Below are positions 17,322-26,726 of a stretch of 31,114 nt of DNA, in pieces. The DNA comes from a virus (taxonomy: Duplodnaviria; Caudoviricetes). Location of the stretch: positions 1-31,114 of IMG/VR virus record IMGVR_UViG_3300032300_000079, one strand, 5' to 3'. The notes under the pieces are model-generated. The model saw nothing but the letters and a program-made list of their open reading frames with translations. It ran no database searches and was not told where the DNA came from. Numbering within the stretch: the first letter of the stretch is position 1; every line of letters begins with the position of its first letter. Made by a program: the position numbers and the translations under genes.

Positions 17322-18538
17322 TAAAAAGTACCGCTTTGGATGCCGTTAGCATCAAGCCAGAACTTTTGTGTCCCAAGAATTGATATCCCAAACACACCAG
17401 ATGTCGGCCTAAAGATTCCCGTCGTACCTTCTGAGGAAAAGCTCAAGGAAGGCGCTCCAGCCGATCCGTTAGCCAAGGCAAGGGTGACTGCACCGGCGGC
17501 GATCGTTGATGCGTTGTAGAGGTTCACAGAGTCGCACAACAAGATCACCTGCTGTCCTGCAGGCACAATCGCCGTCGCCCCGCCAGCAACTCCCGTCTGA
17601 AACGTAATGGTGTACGCGCCAGTCGTTTGGTTGGTGATGTAGTAAACCTGAATCGTCTGCGGTAGGTTCACTATTACGTTGCCGGTCAACGTCCCGGTGT
17701 ACTTCTGAATGACGTTGGCTGCTTCCGCTGAAGTCAACGTATAAGGCGATCCTGCAAGCGTCACCGCCTTAGTCAACTGCGTGAAGTTGAACTGCGTGCT
17801 CTTACCAAGGCCCACAGAGTAGAACGCCGTCCCTGAACTTGAGATCAAGCACGAGTCAGATGGCTGCAGATCGAGCGACGCCGATCCGTTGATCAACCCC
17901 CCGCTCGGCGTTACAGCAAGCGTTCCTGTGCCGCCGTTGCGAACCAAAAAGAACCAGTCGTTACCGAGAGTGGAGGCCGACGTAAGTGTGAGCGTCCCTG
18001 CTCCGCCCGTCCAAACGTAAGTGTTGGCACGATCGGCAGCCACCGCAATGTAGTTTGATGAGAACGTCGTTACCGGCTGTGACTGGTTCAGTGTGTTGCC
18101 AATCGCCGTCAGGCCGTATCCAGCGAGCGTTGCAGCATTGGAGTTGGTCGTTGTCGCGCCGAACGCTATGACGCCCCATGTCCCCGTTGTGTTGGCGTTT
18201 GACGTGATAAATATGTACTGCGCACTTCCGCCCGTAGAAGGGATTGAGACGATCGTGCTGGCCCCGCCAAAAGACTTGACGGTCAGCGTCACTCCACCGG
18301 TGTTGTAGATCAGCGCGTCTTGACCTACCGACGCCTGATTTGCCGGTGGCATCCACAATTCATACGCCGTGCTGGTCGTGCTGACCTGCATCACCCTCGC
18401 GGCGACGTAATCTGTGTCGTTACCGTTTAAGGGCCACTCAAGCTGAATGGTCCCTGTGGTAGACGTTAGCGCGTAAGAGACATAGGAAACGTCAGTCGGC
18501 TGAATGACGTTACCGGTGAACGGGCTGTTGTAACTCAT
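17321..18538 (-). CDS. Tail/fiber-attachment structural protein
   Basis: Thr/Gly/Ser-rich beta repeats, GSAGAPSLSF..TGIFR motif, ends GIQSGTF. Lies between adaptor and nozzle. Confidence 0.6.
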   Translation of the reverse strand: MSYNSPFTGNVIQPTDVSYVSYALTSTTGTIQLEWPLNGNDTDYVAARVMQVSTTSTAYELWMPPANQASVGQDALIYNTGGVTLTVKSFGGASTIVSIPSTGGSAQYIFITSNANTTGTWGVIAFGATTTNSNAATLAGYGLTAIGNTLNQSQPVTTFSSNYIAVAADRANTYVWTGGAGTLTLTSASTLGNDWFFLVRNGGTGTLAVTPSGGLINGSASLDLQPSDSCLISSSGTAFYSVGLGKSTQFNFTQLTKAVTLAGSPYTLTSAEAANVIQKYTGTLTGNVIVNLPQTIQVYYITNQTTGAYTITFQTGVAGGATAIVPAGQQVILLCDSVNLYNASTIAAGAVTLALANGSAGAPSLSFSSEGTTGIFRPTSGVFGISILGTQKFWLDANGIQSGTF

Positions 18539-19170
18539 GAGTCTTTCACCAAGGTTTGACGATCACCAACCCGCGTCAGATCCTCTTCCTTGAGCAATGC
18601 AATCGACTTGTCGTACATCGACTGCCATACCGGAATTCTTTCATCATTCTTCAAGAACGGCATAGCCTGCAGCAAAGACCCGTAAAGCAGTGCCTGCGGA
18701 GCGTACTGCGTGAACCAGTTGGACTGATTGGCCGAATCTAACGGCTGATTGCGCTCGTAATACAGCACCTGAAACGAGTACGCCGCGGCAGGGGTTGGAG
18801 CCACGAGCCAGTGGGTGTAATCGTAATCGCAATAGAACGCAGGCAGTCCAGTCTGAGTGTCGTCTGGCCAATACTCTCGTAGGTACTCGTACTTGCGAAG
18901 GAACACTGGGTAGCGCTCGCCACCCGTCGTGACGTTAAACGATACAGTCTTTCTCCATCTTGCAGGCTTGTCCAACACAGGATCGTTTGCCGTCATGGTC
19001 CCATCAGCGACCGTCAAGTTACCAAGGAACTTAATCTCAGACGCAATGACTTGCTCCGCAAACATAATGAACTGCGGGATCTTGTCTAGCGTGGCCTGAT
19101 CATTACGCTCAAGGTAAGTGGCAATGTCATCAACCAGTGACGAATACGTCATTACTGCCGCGACAGTCAT
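18535..19170 (-). CDS. Head-tail adaptor / tail tubular protein A-like
   Basis: MTY..L...I..YL.R.D...IP.FI..AE N-terminus and P.ALLYGSL..A.PFLKNDER..VW C-terminus, typical of podovirus adaptor proteins. Confidence 0.75.
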   Translation of the reverse strand: MTVAAVMTYSSLVDDIATYLERNDQATLDKIPQFIMFAEQVIASEIKFLGNLTVADGTMTANDPVLDKPARWRKTVSFNVTTGGERYPVFLRKYEYLREYWPDDTQTGLPAFYCDYDYTHWLVAPTPAAAYSFQVLYYERNQPLDSANQSNWFTQYAPQALLYGSLLQAMPFLKNDERIPVWQSMYDKSIALLKEEDLTRVGDRQTLVKDS

Positions 19171-19604
19171 TTCGATGCTACCCCTTTGGATTTCTCAAAA
19201 GACCTCATGCCGCCAAACCCAAGCAAACCCGCAAGAAGCGTCATGAGTTGCTCAACGTCTAAGTCAGGCGGAGCGTGCAATTCTTTTGGGATTATATCGA
19301 CTCCCTGACCGAAAGCCCAGAGCCATTGCATTAGGGGGTAGCCAAGAAATTGGTAAGCCAGACCCAGAACCCCAATCCAACCCACAGCAGGACGCCAACC
19401 ACTGACAAATAGGCTAGATGAACCGGCCTCAATCTTATTGATCTCAACCTGTGCAAGATCCGTGGCTTGGTCAATCCTCTTCTCTTCCAAGTCCAGTTTC
19501 CGGTTCTCCAGATCCATCTGGAGCCTTTCTTTGTCCGTTGTAATGAGCGAATCCGCAACCTTGCCAACGCCTTCAATTATCGACCCTATACCGATCAAAT
19601 CCAT
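19167..19604 (-). CDS. Holin, GTA-type 3TM family
   Basis: SLFVSGWRPAVGW motif, LLG.GGMRS.EK C-terminus, hydrophobic helices, adjacent to the endolysin. Confidence 0.85.
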   Translation of the reverse strand: MDLIGIGSIIEGVGKVADSLITTDKERLQMDLENRKLDLEEKRIDQATDLAQVEINKIEAGSSSLFVSGWRPAVGWIGVLGLAYQFLGYPLMQWLWAFGQGVDIIPKELHAPPDLDVEQLMTLLAGLLGFGGMRSFEKSKGVASK

Positions 19605-20113
19605 TACTTGAGTCCTTGCAAGGTACGGTTGATCCAGCCGAGAAGGAATTTAGATTGCCCTCGGTCCTTGTTACAGATCTGCGCGTACCGGCTTATCTTT
19701 GCTAACGCATAGGCTGGCAGAAACTTTTCTGGCGTACAAATGTTTAACCGTTCGACGGTTTTTGGGCCGATTGCTCCGTCTGGGGTAACGCCGACAATGA
19801 GTTGGGCGAGCTTGGCTGCGACGCCGACTCCGGTGTTGACGGAGAAGTTGAAAATTGTCTCGGCAATAGCTTGGTTCGTAAGCTCATCACCTCGGACATG
19901 ATCCCAGAAATTAAGTTTGTAAAACTCACGAACCAAAGGAGTAGCCGATCCAAAATCCTTGCGATCAATGAACTGCCATCCTGACCAGTCTGGATTTGGC
20001 TTTCGTGCGATTCCTGCATACGTTTGTCCTCCACGGTCACCCGGAATGTCGGTTAATTGGTATCCACCTTCGTCGTGGATCATCTTCTCAAACGCTGGAT
20101 TGAAATCAGCCAT
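19604..20113 (-). CDS. Endolysin, glycoside hydrolase family 108 with peptidoglycan-binding C-terminus
   Basis: EGGY...D.GG.TYAGI catalytic motif, DG.IGPKT, and KFL.GW.NR C-terminus. Confidence 0.9.
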   Translation of the reverse strand: MADFNPAFEKMIHDEGGYQLTDIPGDRGGQTYAGIARKPNPDWSGWQFIDRKDFGSATPLVREFYKLNFWDHVRGDELTNQAIAETIFNFSVNTGVGVAAKLAQLIVGVTPDGAIGPKTVERLNICTPEKFLPAYALAKISRYAQICNKDRGQSKFLLGWINRTLQGLK

Positions 20114-20421
20114 TACTTTTTCATCCGTTCTTCAAGAATCACAATCCGTTCACGATTGATGTGAATCAGTTCCCGGTTCTCATTGATCTGCTTTTCCAGA
20201 TCCTGCCTGAGTTTTTCACGCGCCAATTCAGCACCTGAGTTAGCTGCCTGCTTATTGTCTGACGTAACAACCAAACTGATCTTGGCGTTAAGCACCGTAA
20301 CATCGTGCGTGATCTTGTCCAATGCGGACATCAAATACACAACGCAAGTAAAAAGAATTGGAAGCACGGCAAACGCAGTCTTTTCAATCAACTGACTTTT
20401 GGCTTCCAATTTCTCAGACAT
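20113..20421 (-). CDS. Membrane-anchored coiled-coil protein (lysis cassette)
   Basis: N-terminal hydrophobic helix AFAVLPILFTCVVYLM followed by a coiled coil. Coupled to the lysin. Confidence 0.6.
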   Translation of the reverse strand: MSEKLEAKSQLIEKTAFAVLPILFTCVVYLMSALDKITHDVTVLNAKISLVVTSDNKQAANSGAELAREKLRQDLEKQINENRELIHINRERIVILEERMKK

Positions 20422-20609
20422 CAATGCACCTTCATGATCATTGTTAAGAGCAACATAATAATTGCTCCTCCACCGGTAATGAGGATCTGCTCTAAGCGTT
20501 TGATCCTTGCGTGAACACCCTTCATCTCACGCTCTATACCCTCGTATCGGACGGCACAAACGTCCACATGGGCATCAATCTTGTGGTCTACGTCCGATAG
20601 GGTAGCCAT
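20421..20609 (-). CDS. Small coiled-coil protein with C-terminal TM helix
   Basis: H...CA.RY...RLE motif followed by hydrophobic ILITGGGAIIMLLLTMI. Upstream of the lysis genes. Confidence 0.7.
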   Translation of the reverse strand: MATLSDVDHKIDAHVDVCAVRYEGIEREMKGVHARIKRLEQILITGGGAIIMLLLTMIMKVH

Positions 20610-20614
20610 TGCAA

Positions 20615-20755
20615 TCAGCTCTCTTCGGGCTTTTGAGCAGACTCCACTTCTTTCTGGATAGCCTGAATCAATTGAAATACCTGAGCGTAGGGCTGATTAC
20701 CAAGGTACTGAATAATTGCATTCAGAAGGGCGATAGATACGGTTGCGTTTTCCAT
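20615..20755 (-). CDS. Small hypothetical protein (46 aa)
   Basis: Manual translation MENATVSIALLNAIIQYLGNQPYAQVFQLIQAIQKEVESAQKPEES. Fills the gap exactly and starts right after the upstream stop. Confidence 0.75.
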   Translation of the reverse strand: MENATVSIALLNAIIQYLGNQPYAQVFQLIQAIQKEVESAQKPEES

Positions 20756-21079
20756 TTAGTTAGTCCAAGGAAGTTTTGGTGAAACGACAGGGGGGTTAAT
20801 CTGATTGTCAATCTGCGCCTGCACAGCGGCTTCAGCAGAGTCTTTGTCTACACCGCCAGCCCAGATCCAACCAAGCACTTGGTCTTGCGTGAGTTGGTCA
20901 TAAGGCGTGTAGGGCGTACCAGCTACATAGGTAACTGAGCAGGTCGAGTATACCGAGCCGTTGTAAGTGCCGTCTGTACCGGAGCAGGTCCAGTGGCAAC
21001 AAAAAACAACATCAGATTGGCCCTCGGCTTGAGGGTAACAATTCATTTGAGTAATAGACCATTCAAAAGTAGTTGCCAT
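20756..21079 (-). CDS. Tail-fiber-associated hypothetical protein
   Basis: W.I..M...DVV...HW...PY..LT...VLGW...LPW pattern commonly found downstream of phage fibers. AGGA RBS before ATG 21079. Confidence 0.7.
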   Translation of the reverse strand: MATTFEWSITQMNCYPQAEGQSDVVFCCHWTCSGTDGTYNGSVYSTCSVTYVAGTPYTPYDQLTQDQVLGWIWAGGVDKDSAEAAVQAQIDNQINPPVVSPKLPWTN

Positions 21080-21090
21080 TTTCAATCCTA

Positions 21091-21579
21091 TTAAATTCTG
21101 GCGTGGTCGCCGTGGTAAAGAAGTCTGGCTTCATCAGCCACCAGACACGCAAGTTCAAAATCATCAAACACACCAAGGTGCTTTACTTTGTTTTGGAACT
21201 GTACTCTAGCCATCCATTTTTGACAGGGCTTGCTCCAAGCAACACCTTTGTGCCCAGACGTACTGTCTGAACGCAATTTTGAGTTACACGCATTAAACGA
21301 TTTATTAGAAGCACGCAAATTCTCAATTCTATTATTGTTTGTGTCTCCGTCAATATGGTCAATGATTTTTGGTATATATCCAAAGTACATCAAAAACACA
21401 ATTTGATGTACATAAATTCGTTTTTTATTAATAGTGATTTTTTTGTAGCCATGCCCTGTCTTGGTTCCAGCCTCCAAACCAACTCCAGATTTGCGATGCC
21501 GTTTGCTTCGTTGTTTCCAAAACAATACCCCGTCCTTATGCTCAAATAGCAGACGCGCTTCTTCTTGTGTTAAGGCCAT
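21091..21579 (-). CDS. HNH homing endonuclease with AP2-like DNA-binding domain
   Basis: YVHQIVF...IDHIDGDTNNNRIENLR HNH motif and SGHKGV.W...KW.AR...HLG.F AP2-like C-terminus. DNA is visibly more AT-rich than its flanks. Confidence 0.9.
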   Translation of the reverse strand: MALTQEEARLLFEHKDGVLFWKQRSKRHRKSGVGLEAGTKTGHGYKKITINKKRIYVHQIVFLMYFGYIPKIIDHIDGDTNNNRIENLRASNKSFNACNSKLRSDSTSGHKGVAWSKPCQKWMARVQFQNKVKHLGVFDDFELACLVADEARLLYHGDHARI

Positions 21580-23240
21580 TATTTGGCCTCCAGTTGGGCG
21601 ATACGGATACGAAGAGATTGGATTTCTTTGACAAGCATTGGGACCAGTTTGGAGTAGTCCACAGCCATCATTTCATCAGGGTCTGCGGGTTGGTGTACGG
21701 CTTCTGGTGCAACAGTCACAAGCTCTTGAGCTACAAAACCATAACGCTGGTGCGATCCGTCAGACTTCCAATCAAACTTACGAACTTGCAAAGAGTCAAT
21801 TAAATTAGATGCAGATTCAGCGTCTTGGATGTTTTCTTTCAGGCGTCGGTCAGAGGTGACATTGTAAGATGTTGTTGTTCCATTTGATGTTATAGAACCG
21901 TGTGAGGTTCCAGCATCGCTAAAAACCATGTGGAAATAAGTGCCTCCATTCGACACAGCGTAAGAAGCAAAACAATACCCACCGGCAGCAGTTTGATATC
22001 CCCCAATAGCATTAGTTCCTGAGGAATAAACCAAAAGATTTTGCGCTTGACCTGAAATGTTTGATGAACTTGTTCCAGCAATTAGCAACCTCCCACTCCC
22101 ATCCAGCGTCATCGCCTGTGTGAATGTAATTGCATTACCTGCTGTGCCGGAGGGGGCGTTAAAAAAGCGGTACTCTCCAGATACCTGCATCAACTGCGTT
22201 GCCGCTGCGGTTGCGATGTATCTTCCATTTGTGCCGTCAACGTAGTAGTTGTTGCCGAACGATGCTCTTCCGTCGCTGGTATTGCTGTGCATTACTGCGC
22301 GAAAAACTTGCAGTGCAGGCCATCCACTCCCCCAAGCACTCGGCGTAACCCCCAGACCAAGGTTGCCGGAGGGATCAAGTGTCATCCGTGTGGTAAGCGA
22401 ACCTGCGTTTGGTCTAGTTTGAAACAGGAGTTCACCTGCATCATTTGCGCCTACGGAATCACTTCTGATAGAAGCGTTCACCGTTCCAGTATTGCGCTTA
22501 AAATCTATCCCTGCGAAGTTTCCAGAAGCGGTATTGCCAGTAATAGTGACAATTGAATCGCCAGCGTTTAATACTTCCAGCTTGCTGCTTGGCGAACTCG
22601 TCCCAATACCCAGCCCCGTGCTGGTCAGGCGCATTTGTTCGGCTGAGTTTGTGTAAAAACCAATTGTTCCGTTAGTAATGTTTTGCACCCGCAACTCAGA
22701 AGGAAGCGCAAGAATTCGGGATTCCAATATGTTGTTTACTTTGTAATCAGTAAAAGCACCCGATGCTCCACCGTTAATGTTTACGCTTGTAAATCCAGCA
22801 ATAGCGTTGACCGCGCCGCCAACACCCAGATTCGTCCCATCAAACGTCAGCGCAGACCCAGTGGTCAGAGCACTTGACGAGCTTGCGTAGACAACACCGT
22901 TTGCAGTGAATGATGTAAGTCCGGTCCCGCCGTAAGTTGTGCCGAGTGCATTTGTCAGGTTCAGCGTGTTTGCGGTGAGCGTCGTGCCGTTGAACGTCAG
23001 GTTTGCCGAGCCTGCTAAAGCACCCGAGTTGTTGTACTGAACCTGAGTGTTTGACCCGCCGATCGTTCCCGCGCCTTTCGTTGCCAATACCTGAACAGTG
23101 CCGCCATTATCCTTGTAAAACAACTTTCCATCGGTGATGTTGATTGCTAACTCACCGTTAACTAAATTAGTGTTAACAGGAACAGCCGCCGCTGTTGTGC
23201 TGTAGTAAAGCGAGATTGGTGTGTAATTAGTCTGTGCCAT
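21579..23240 (-). CDS. Tail fiber with C-terminal intramolecular chaperone (peptidase S74-like)
   Basis: N-terminal GELAIN..DGKLFYK, repeated M.L...G.LG.G segments, C-terminal TSDRRLKENI...GFVAQE...VDYSKLVP.L...IQ autocleaving chaperone. Confidence 0.9.
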   Translation of the reverse strand: MAQTNYTPISLYYSTTAAAVPVNTNLVNGELAINITDGKLFYKDNGGTVQVLATKGAGTIGGSNTQVQYNNSGALAGSANLTFNGTTLTANTLNLTNALGTTYGGTGLTSFTANGVVYASSSSALTTGSALTFDGTNLGVGGAVNAIAGFTSVNINGGASGAFTDYKVNNILESRILALPSELRVQNITNGTIGFYTNSAEQMRLTSTGLGIGTSSPSSKLEVLNAGDSIVTITGNTASGNFAGIDFKRNTGTVNASIRSDSVGANDAGELLFQTRPNAGSLTTRMTLDPSGNLGLGVTPSAWGSGWPALQVFRAVMHSNTSDGRASFGNNYYVDGTNGRYIATAAATQLMQVSGEYRFFNAPSGTAGNAITFTQAMTLDGSGRLLIAGTSSSNISGQAQNLLVYSSGTNAIGGYQTAAGGYCFASYAVSNGGTYFHMVFSDAGTSHGSITSNGTTTSYNVTSDRRLKENIQDAESASNLIDSLQVRKFDWKSDGSHQRYGFVAQELVTVAPEAVHQPADPDEMMAVDYSKLVPMLVKEIQSLRIRIAQLEAK

Positions 23241-23248
23241 GATTTACC

Positions 23249-24814
23249 TCAGAAAGTCCCGCCGGTGACGCCAAATGCAGTCCCGGTCCCGCCTCGATTG
23301 GTTGCAACAATCACCCCGTTCCACGTCGCCGATGTGATAGATCCGGGATAATCAAGTGTATTCGTTGACCAAGACACGTTTGAAGGCGTTTGATCGTGAC
23401 GGTCCCAAGTCCCCGCCGCCGTTCCGTTTGCTAACAACACAACCGTCACGTAACCACCAGAAGGAACTGATACAACTAACGTGTTTGAGTTGTTGTTAAC
23501 AGTGATCGCGCCAGAACTCTGATTGTTGTTGAACGAAAATATTGTCCCCAACGGCAACGTCGTTGCATCCGGCAACTTAATAATCTGACCACCAGATCCA
23601 GTAACCAAATGAACCGGCGTTGACGCAACCGTTAACGTGACCAAAGTCCCAGACGCTGCTACACTCGTAAATCCGTTGAAGTACGCATTCGCAGTAATAT
23701 TGTTGTTCGCGTCCTTAACAACAATACCGCTACTCGCGTTTGTCGCATTACCAAGCGCCGTCGCAACGCCTGTGCCTAATCCAGTGATAGAACCAACCGC
23801 CGGCGTAACCGTTGTATTTCCGGCCGCAGTCAGTTGACCCTGCGGATTAACAGAAAACGTCCCCACTTGCGTCGCTGAACCGTAAGAGTTCGCGCTCACG
23901 CCAGTGCTTGCAATTGCAATCGTTACCGGAACAGACCCGTTGTAAGAGGTCCCACTTAACCCAGTGCCAATCGTAAGAGCGCCGCTAGATGTCGCAGTAA
24001 CCGTTACAGATCCGCCTAAAGAAACAGACGATCCGTTGATTGTGATCGCACTATTAGTTAAGCCAGCATTCGGGATCGTCGCCACAGCAGTAAAGGCGCT
24101 CGTTCCATTCCCGACCAGATACCCGGTCAGTGTATTCGCCCCACTACCGCCGTTCGCAACATTCAATGTACCACTAAGTGTGATAGCTCCGGACTGCGCA
24201 GAACTAGGCAGAAGGCCCGTTGTGCCGCCGCTGAAGGTGCTAACCCCACCCGCGGTCGTGAACTGCCTCCACGCCCCCGAAGAGTACCCGTCAAAGGTCT
24301 GTGAGTCGGTGTTGAACCGAATCTGACCATTAGTTCCAGATGGCTGTTGTGCAGTCGTTCCAGAAGGCAACAAAGCCCCGCCGGTTCCGGGCAATGTCGG
24401 ATTTGACGAAATTGCAATTGTCGGGTTTCCAGATACCCCACTGCCGTTGGTCACATCAATTTGGTTGGCCGTACCAGCAATCGTGCGCCCTACAACCGTT
24501 GTGGCATCTGTTTTGGTCTGAATCCCTACACTGGCGTTAACTAACGAAAGCAAAGCCCCTGTAGGGCTAATATTGAGCACCCCCTGCGGACTGCTGGCCG
24601 ACAATGTTAATCCATTGATTGCGCCAAGATACCGGCTGTTGGGTAGCGTTGCCTCTTGAAAAAGCGTGATAAACGTCTGCGTTTGACTCGGCGCTGACGC
24701 TATGGCTGCGGTCGTTGTCCGGACAGTTTGACCGTTTTGGACAATCGGAACAGACTCGTTTCCAGTAATGACACCGGCCGCAGGAAGTTGATTGATCGTG
24801 ACTTGTGCTGACAT
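23249..24814 (-). CDS. Tail fiber / fiber connector protein
   Basis: TINQLP N-terminus, LPSGTTAQ.P...GQIRFN...F.GY motif, Thr/Gly-rich, ends GGTF. Confidence 0.7.
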   Translation of the reverse strand: MSAQVTINQLPAAGVITGNESVPIVQNGQTVRTTTAAIASAPSQTQTFITLFQEATLPNSRYLGAINGLTLSASSPQGVLNISPTGALLSLVNASVGIQTKTDATTVVGRTIAGTANQIDVTNGSGVSGNPTIAISSNPTLPGTGGALLPSGTTAQQPSGTNGQIRFNTDSQTFDGYSSGAWRQFTTAGGVSTFSGGTTGLLPSSAQSGAITLSGTLNVANGGSGANTLTGYLVGNGTSAFTAVATIPNAGLTNSAITINGSSVSLGGSVTVTATSSGALTIGTGLSGTSYNGSVPVTIAIASTGVSANSYGSATQVGTFSVNPQGQLTAAGNTTVTPAVGSITGLGTGVATALGNATNASSGIVVKDANNNITANAYFNGFTSVAASGTLVTLTVASTPVHLVTGSGGQIIKLPDATTLPLGTIFSFNNNQSSGAITVNNNSNTLVVSVPSGGYVTVVLLANGTAAGTWDRHDQTPSNVSWSTNTLDYPGSITSATWNGVIVATNRGGTGTAFGVTGGTF

Positions 24815-25167
24815 TACTCTTGGCTCGGTGGATATGGCGCAATTGTATCCAAATTGCCGTTAGTCGTAGGCACTTGCGAGTTGCCCTCCAACGAAATCTG
24901 GAACTGATTGCTACCCTCGGTCATTAGGTAATCATCGTTTGCGGCCACACTCACATCCGGACGCGGGAATCTAATCGTAATCCGCTCAGTCTTCCTTGCG
25001 GGTAACCGATACGGATCAAACTGGTCAGCGCAACCAGTATCGCAAACCTGCAGCCCCGGAAAGTTTGGATCTGACCTCAACACAGAATGTGGATACTTGA
25101 GACGACACCGGTCACAGATTGCAATCGCAATGTCAGAGTAACCACGAGTGTCTAGAAAGCGTGGCAT
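24814..25167 (-). CDS. Cys-motif (putative Zn-binding) virion morphogenesis protein
   Basis: AICDRC...VC...C.D motif. Coupled within the structural region. Confidence 0.65.
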   Translation of the reverse strand: MPRFLDTRGYSDIAIAICDRCRLKYPHSVLRSDPNFPGLQVCDTGCADQFDPYRLPARKTERITIRFPRPDVSVAANDDYLMTEGSNQFQISLEGNSQVPTTNGNLDTIAPYPPSQE

Positions 25168-25169
25168 TG

Positions 25170-26222
25170 CTAGGACGTGTAGGGGCTAATATTCGGAGCC
25201 ATGTAAATTGGCGACCGATCGCGCTCTTCAGCCTCCGCAAGACCTAGATACTTCTCGGCCTGCGCCTCAAGGTATTGAATGCGATCTAATCCAACTCCCG
25301 GCAACTCTAGGCTCATACGGTGAGCTAACATCATCACCGTAGCCTCATACCACCTCTGAGGAACTTCCAACTCATTAGTTAACGCACCAACATCATCGAT
25401 CTGACGCGAGTACCAAACCGTCATCTGTACGAACGGATCGCTTGGAACCGGCCACAAGTAAATCTTGCTCTGCGGGATTGTGCGATTGAACCAAAACTGG
25501 AACGGCTGGTTAGCCGTAAAGTTCTTGTTCGGAAGGTTTGTGTAATCGTCCCTGTTGAGACGAGCCATCGTGATCTCAGTAGAGTTATTCCCAAAGAACA
25601 ACTCACGCAAACTCAACGTGCCAGAGATGGCTCGGATGCGGTAGTAGGGAACCGTGAACCCCGGATCAATGTCGTACCATAGCCACTCGTTGTCAACCCA
25701 GACGGTTGGCCCCGGTGCAGAGATGGTCTTCCACGTAGTTCCGTCAGGGGAACACTCAAATACCACATTGAACGTGCCAGAAACGCCCGGTAGGATGCCG
25801 ATTGACCCGATATAGACTGCAGATCCATAGTTAACCGAAATATTCCCTGCCGCAGAAGTCTGCGTACAGATTGTGTCTGTGTTGCCGTCAAAGGCATTCG
25901 CCACCACTCCGCCGGCGCTGCTTGAGTACGCTCCCGACGGCCTTGCCATCTTCCTGTATAGCGCTTGCAATACGTCGTTTCCGCCAACAGGAAGGTCGTA
26001 AATGTACTGGTCCGCCTTCAGGCCGTACACCTTCTTTTCGATTGCCCAATACTGGATACCAATGTTGATGAGGTTGGACAACAGAAAGAACAGCGACTCA
26101 CGAGCAGACGTTACCTGCTCCGACGTTAGCTCTTCCGCAAGTTTACCGGCCCGACGCGCTCCGTGGTCGATCAACTTCATTACGCTGATGACCGTTGTGC
26201 CGACTGTGTTTGAATAAGCCAT
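25170..26222 (-). CDS. Second adaptor/tail-tube-like protein with inserted discoidin (F5/8-type)-like domain
   Basis: Helical N- and C-termini (I..A.RRAG...AR.SL; YLWPVP; P.RW.EA...LA) flank an AFDGNTDT...S.DG.TW...YYRIR beta-sandwich. Confidence 0.6.
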   Translation of the reverse strand: MAYSNTVGTTVISVMKLIDHGARRAGKLAEELTSEQVTSARESLFFLLSNLINIGIQYWAIEKKVYGLKADQYIYDLPVGGNDVLQALYRKMARPSGAYSSSAGGVVANAFDGNTDTICTQTSAAGNISVNYGSAVYIGSIGILPGVSGTFNVVFECSPDGTTWKTISAPGPTVWVDNEWLWYDIDPGFTVPYYRIRAISGTLSLRELFFGNNSTEITMARLNRDDYTNLPNKNFTANQPFQFWFNRTIPQSKIYLWPVPSDPFVQMTVWYSRQIDDVGALTNELEVPQRWYEATVMMLAHRMSLELPGVGLDRIQYLEAQAEKYLGLAEAEERDRSPIYMAPNISPYTS

Positions 26223-26726
26223 TTACCAACCCGATGGACAGTTCCAACGTTTCATTGAGGCCCTAGCACGGCTTCCTTTCTCGCTCTTTGCCGCAACCGG
26301 ACCCATCCGAGCACAGAACGAATCGCGCCTTGCTCCCCCTTCGGGCTGCGGCGCTTTAAGATTAGATCCAGTCTCACTATTATACTTTGCCCTACCCTTT
26401 GCCGTAAGTCCCGCGCCCTGATCCGCAGGCAATTTCTCACCTCGGCCGATCGCTAAACTTGGGCCGCCATCCTTCATCTTTGCGGTCTTTGCTGATTCCT
26501 TGAAGGCTTCAGCAGTAGGAGAGCCCGGAGAGCCGGGTTTGCGCATCTTCTCGCCGCTACCCTCGGCTATCCGTTGACGTTTGGCGTGAATTGCTGCGTA
26601 CAACCCGCCTTCTTTGGCCGTAAATTCCTTGCCAATCTTGACAGGAATGCCAACCTTCTTTGCAAACTTTGGGCTATGCGCCACAGCCTGCATCAACCGT
26701 TTCTGCGCTGGGGATTTAGATGGCAT
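26223..26726 (-). CDS. Basic small virion-associated protein, apparently three modules
   Basis: ATG 26726 (MPSKSPAQKRLM). Lys/Arg-rich, with GLTAKGR...NLKAP...SFCARM...RWNC C-terminal module. Confidence 0.7.
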   Translation of the reverse strand: MPSKSPAQKRLMQAVAHSPKFAKKVGIPVKIGKEFTAKEGGLYAAIHAKRQRIAEGSGEKMRKPGSPGSPTAEAFKESAKTAKMKDGGPSLAIGRGEKLPADQGAGLTAKGRAKYNSETGSNLKAPQPEGGARRDSFCARMGPVAAKSEKGSRARASMKRWNCPSGW

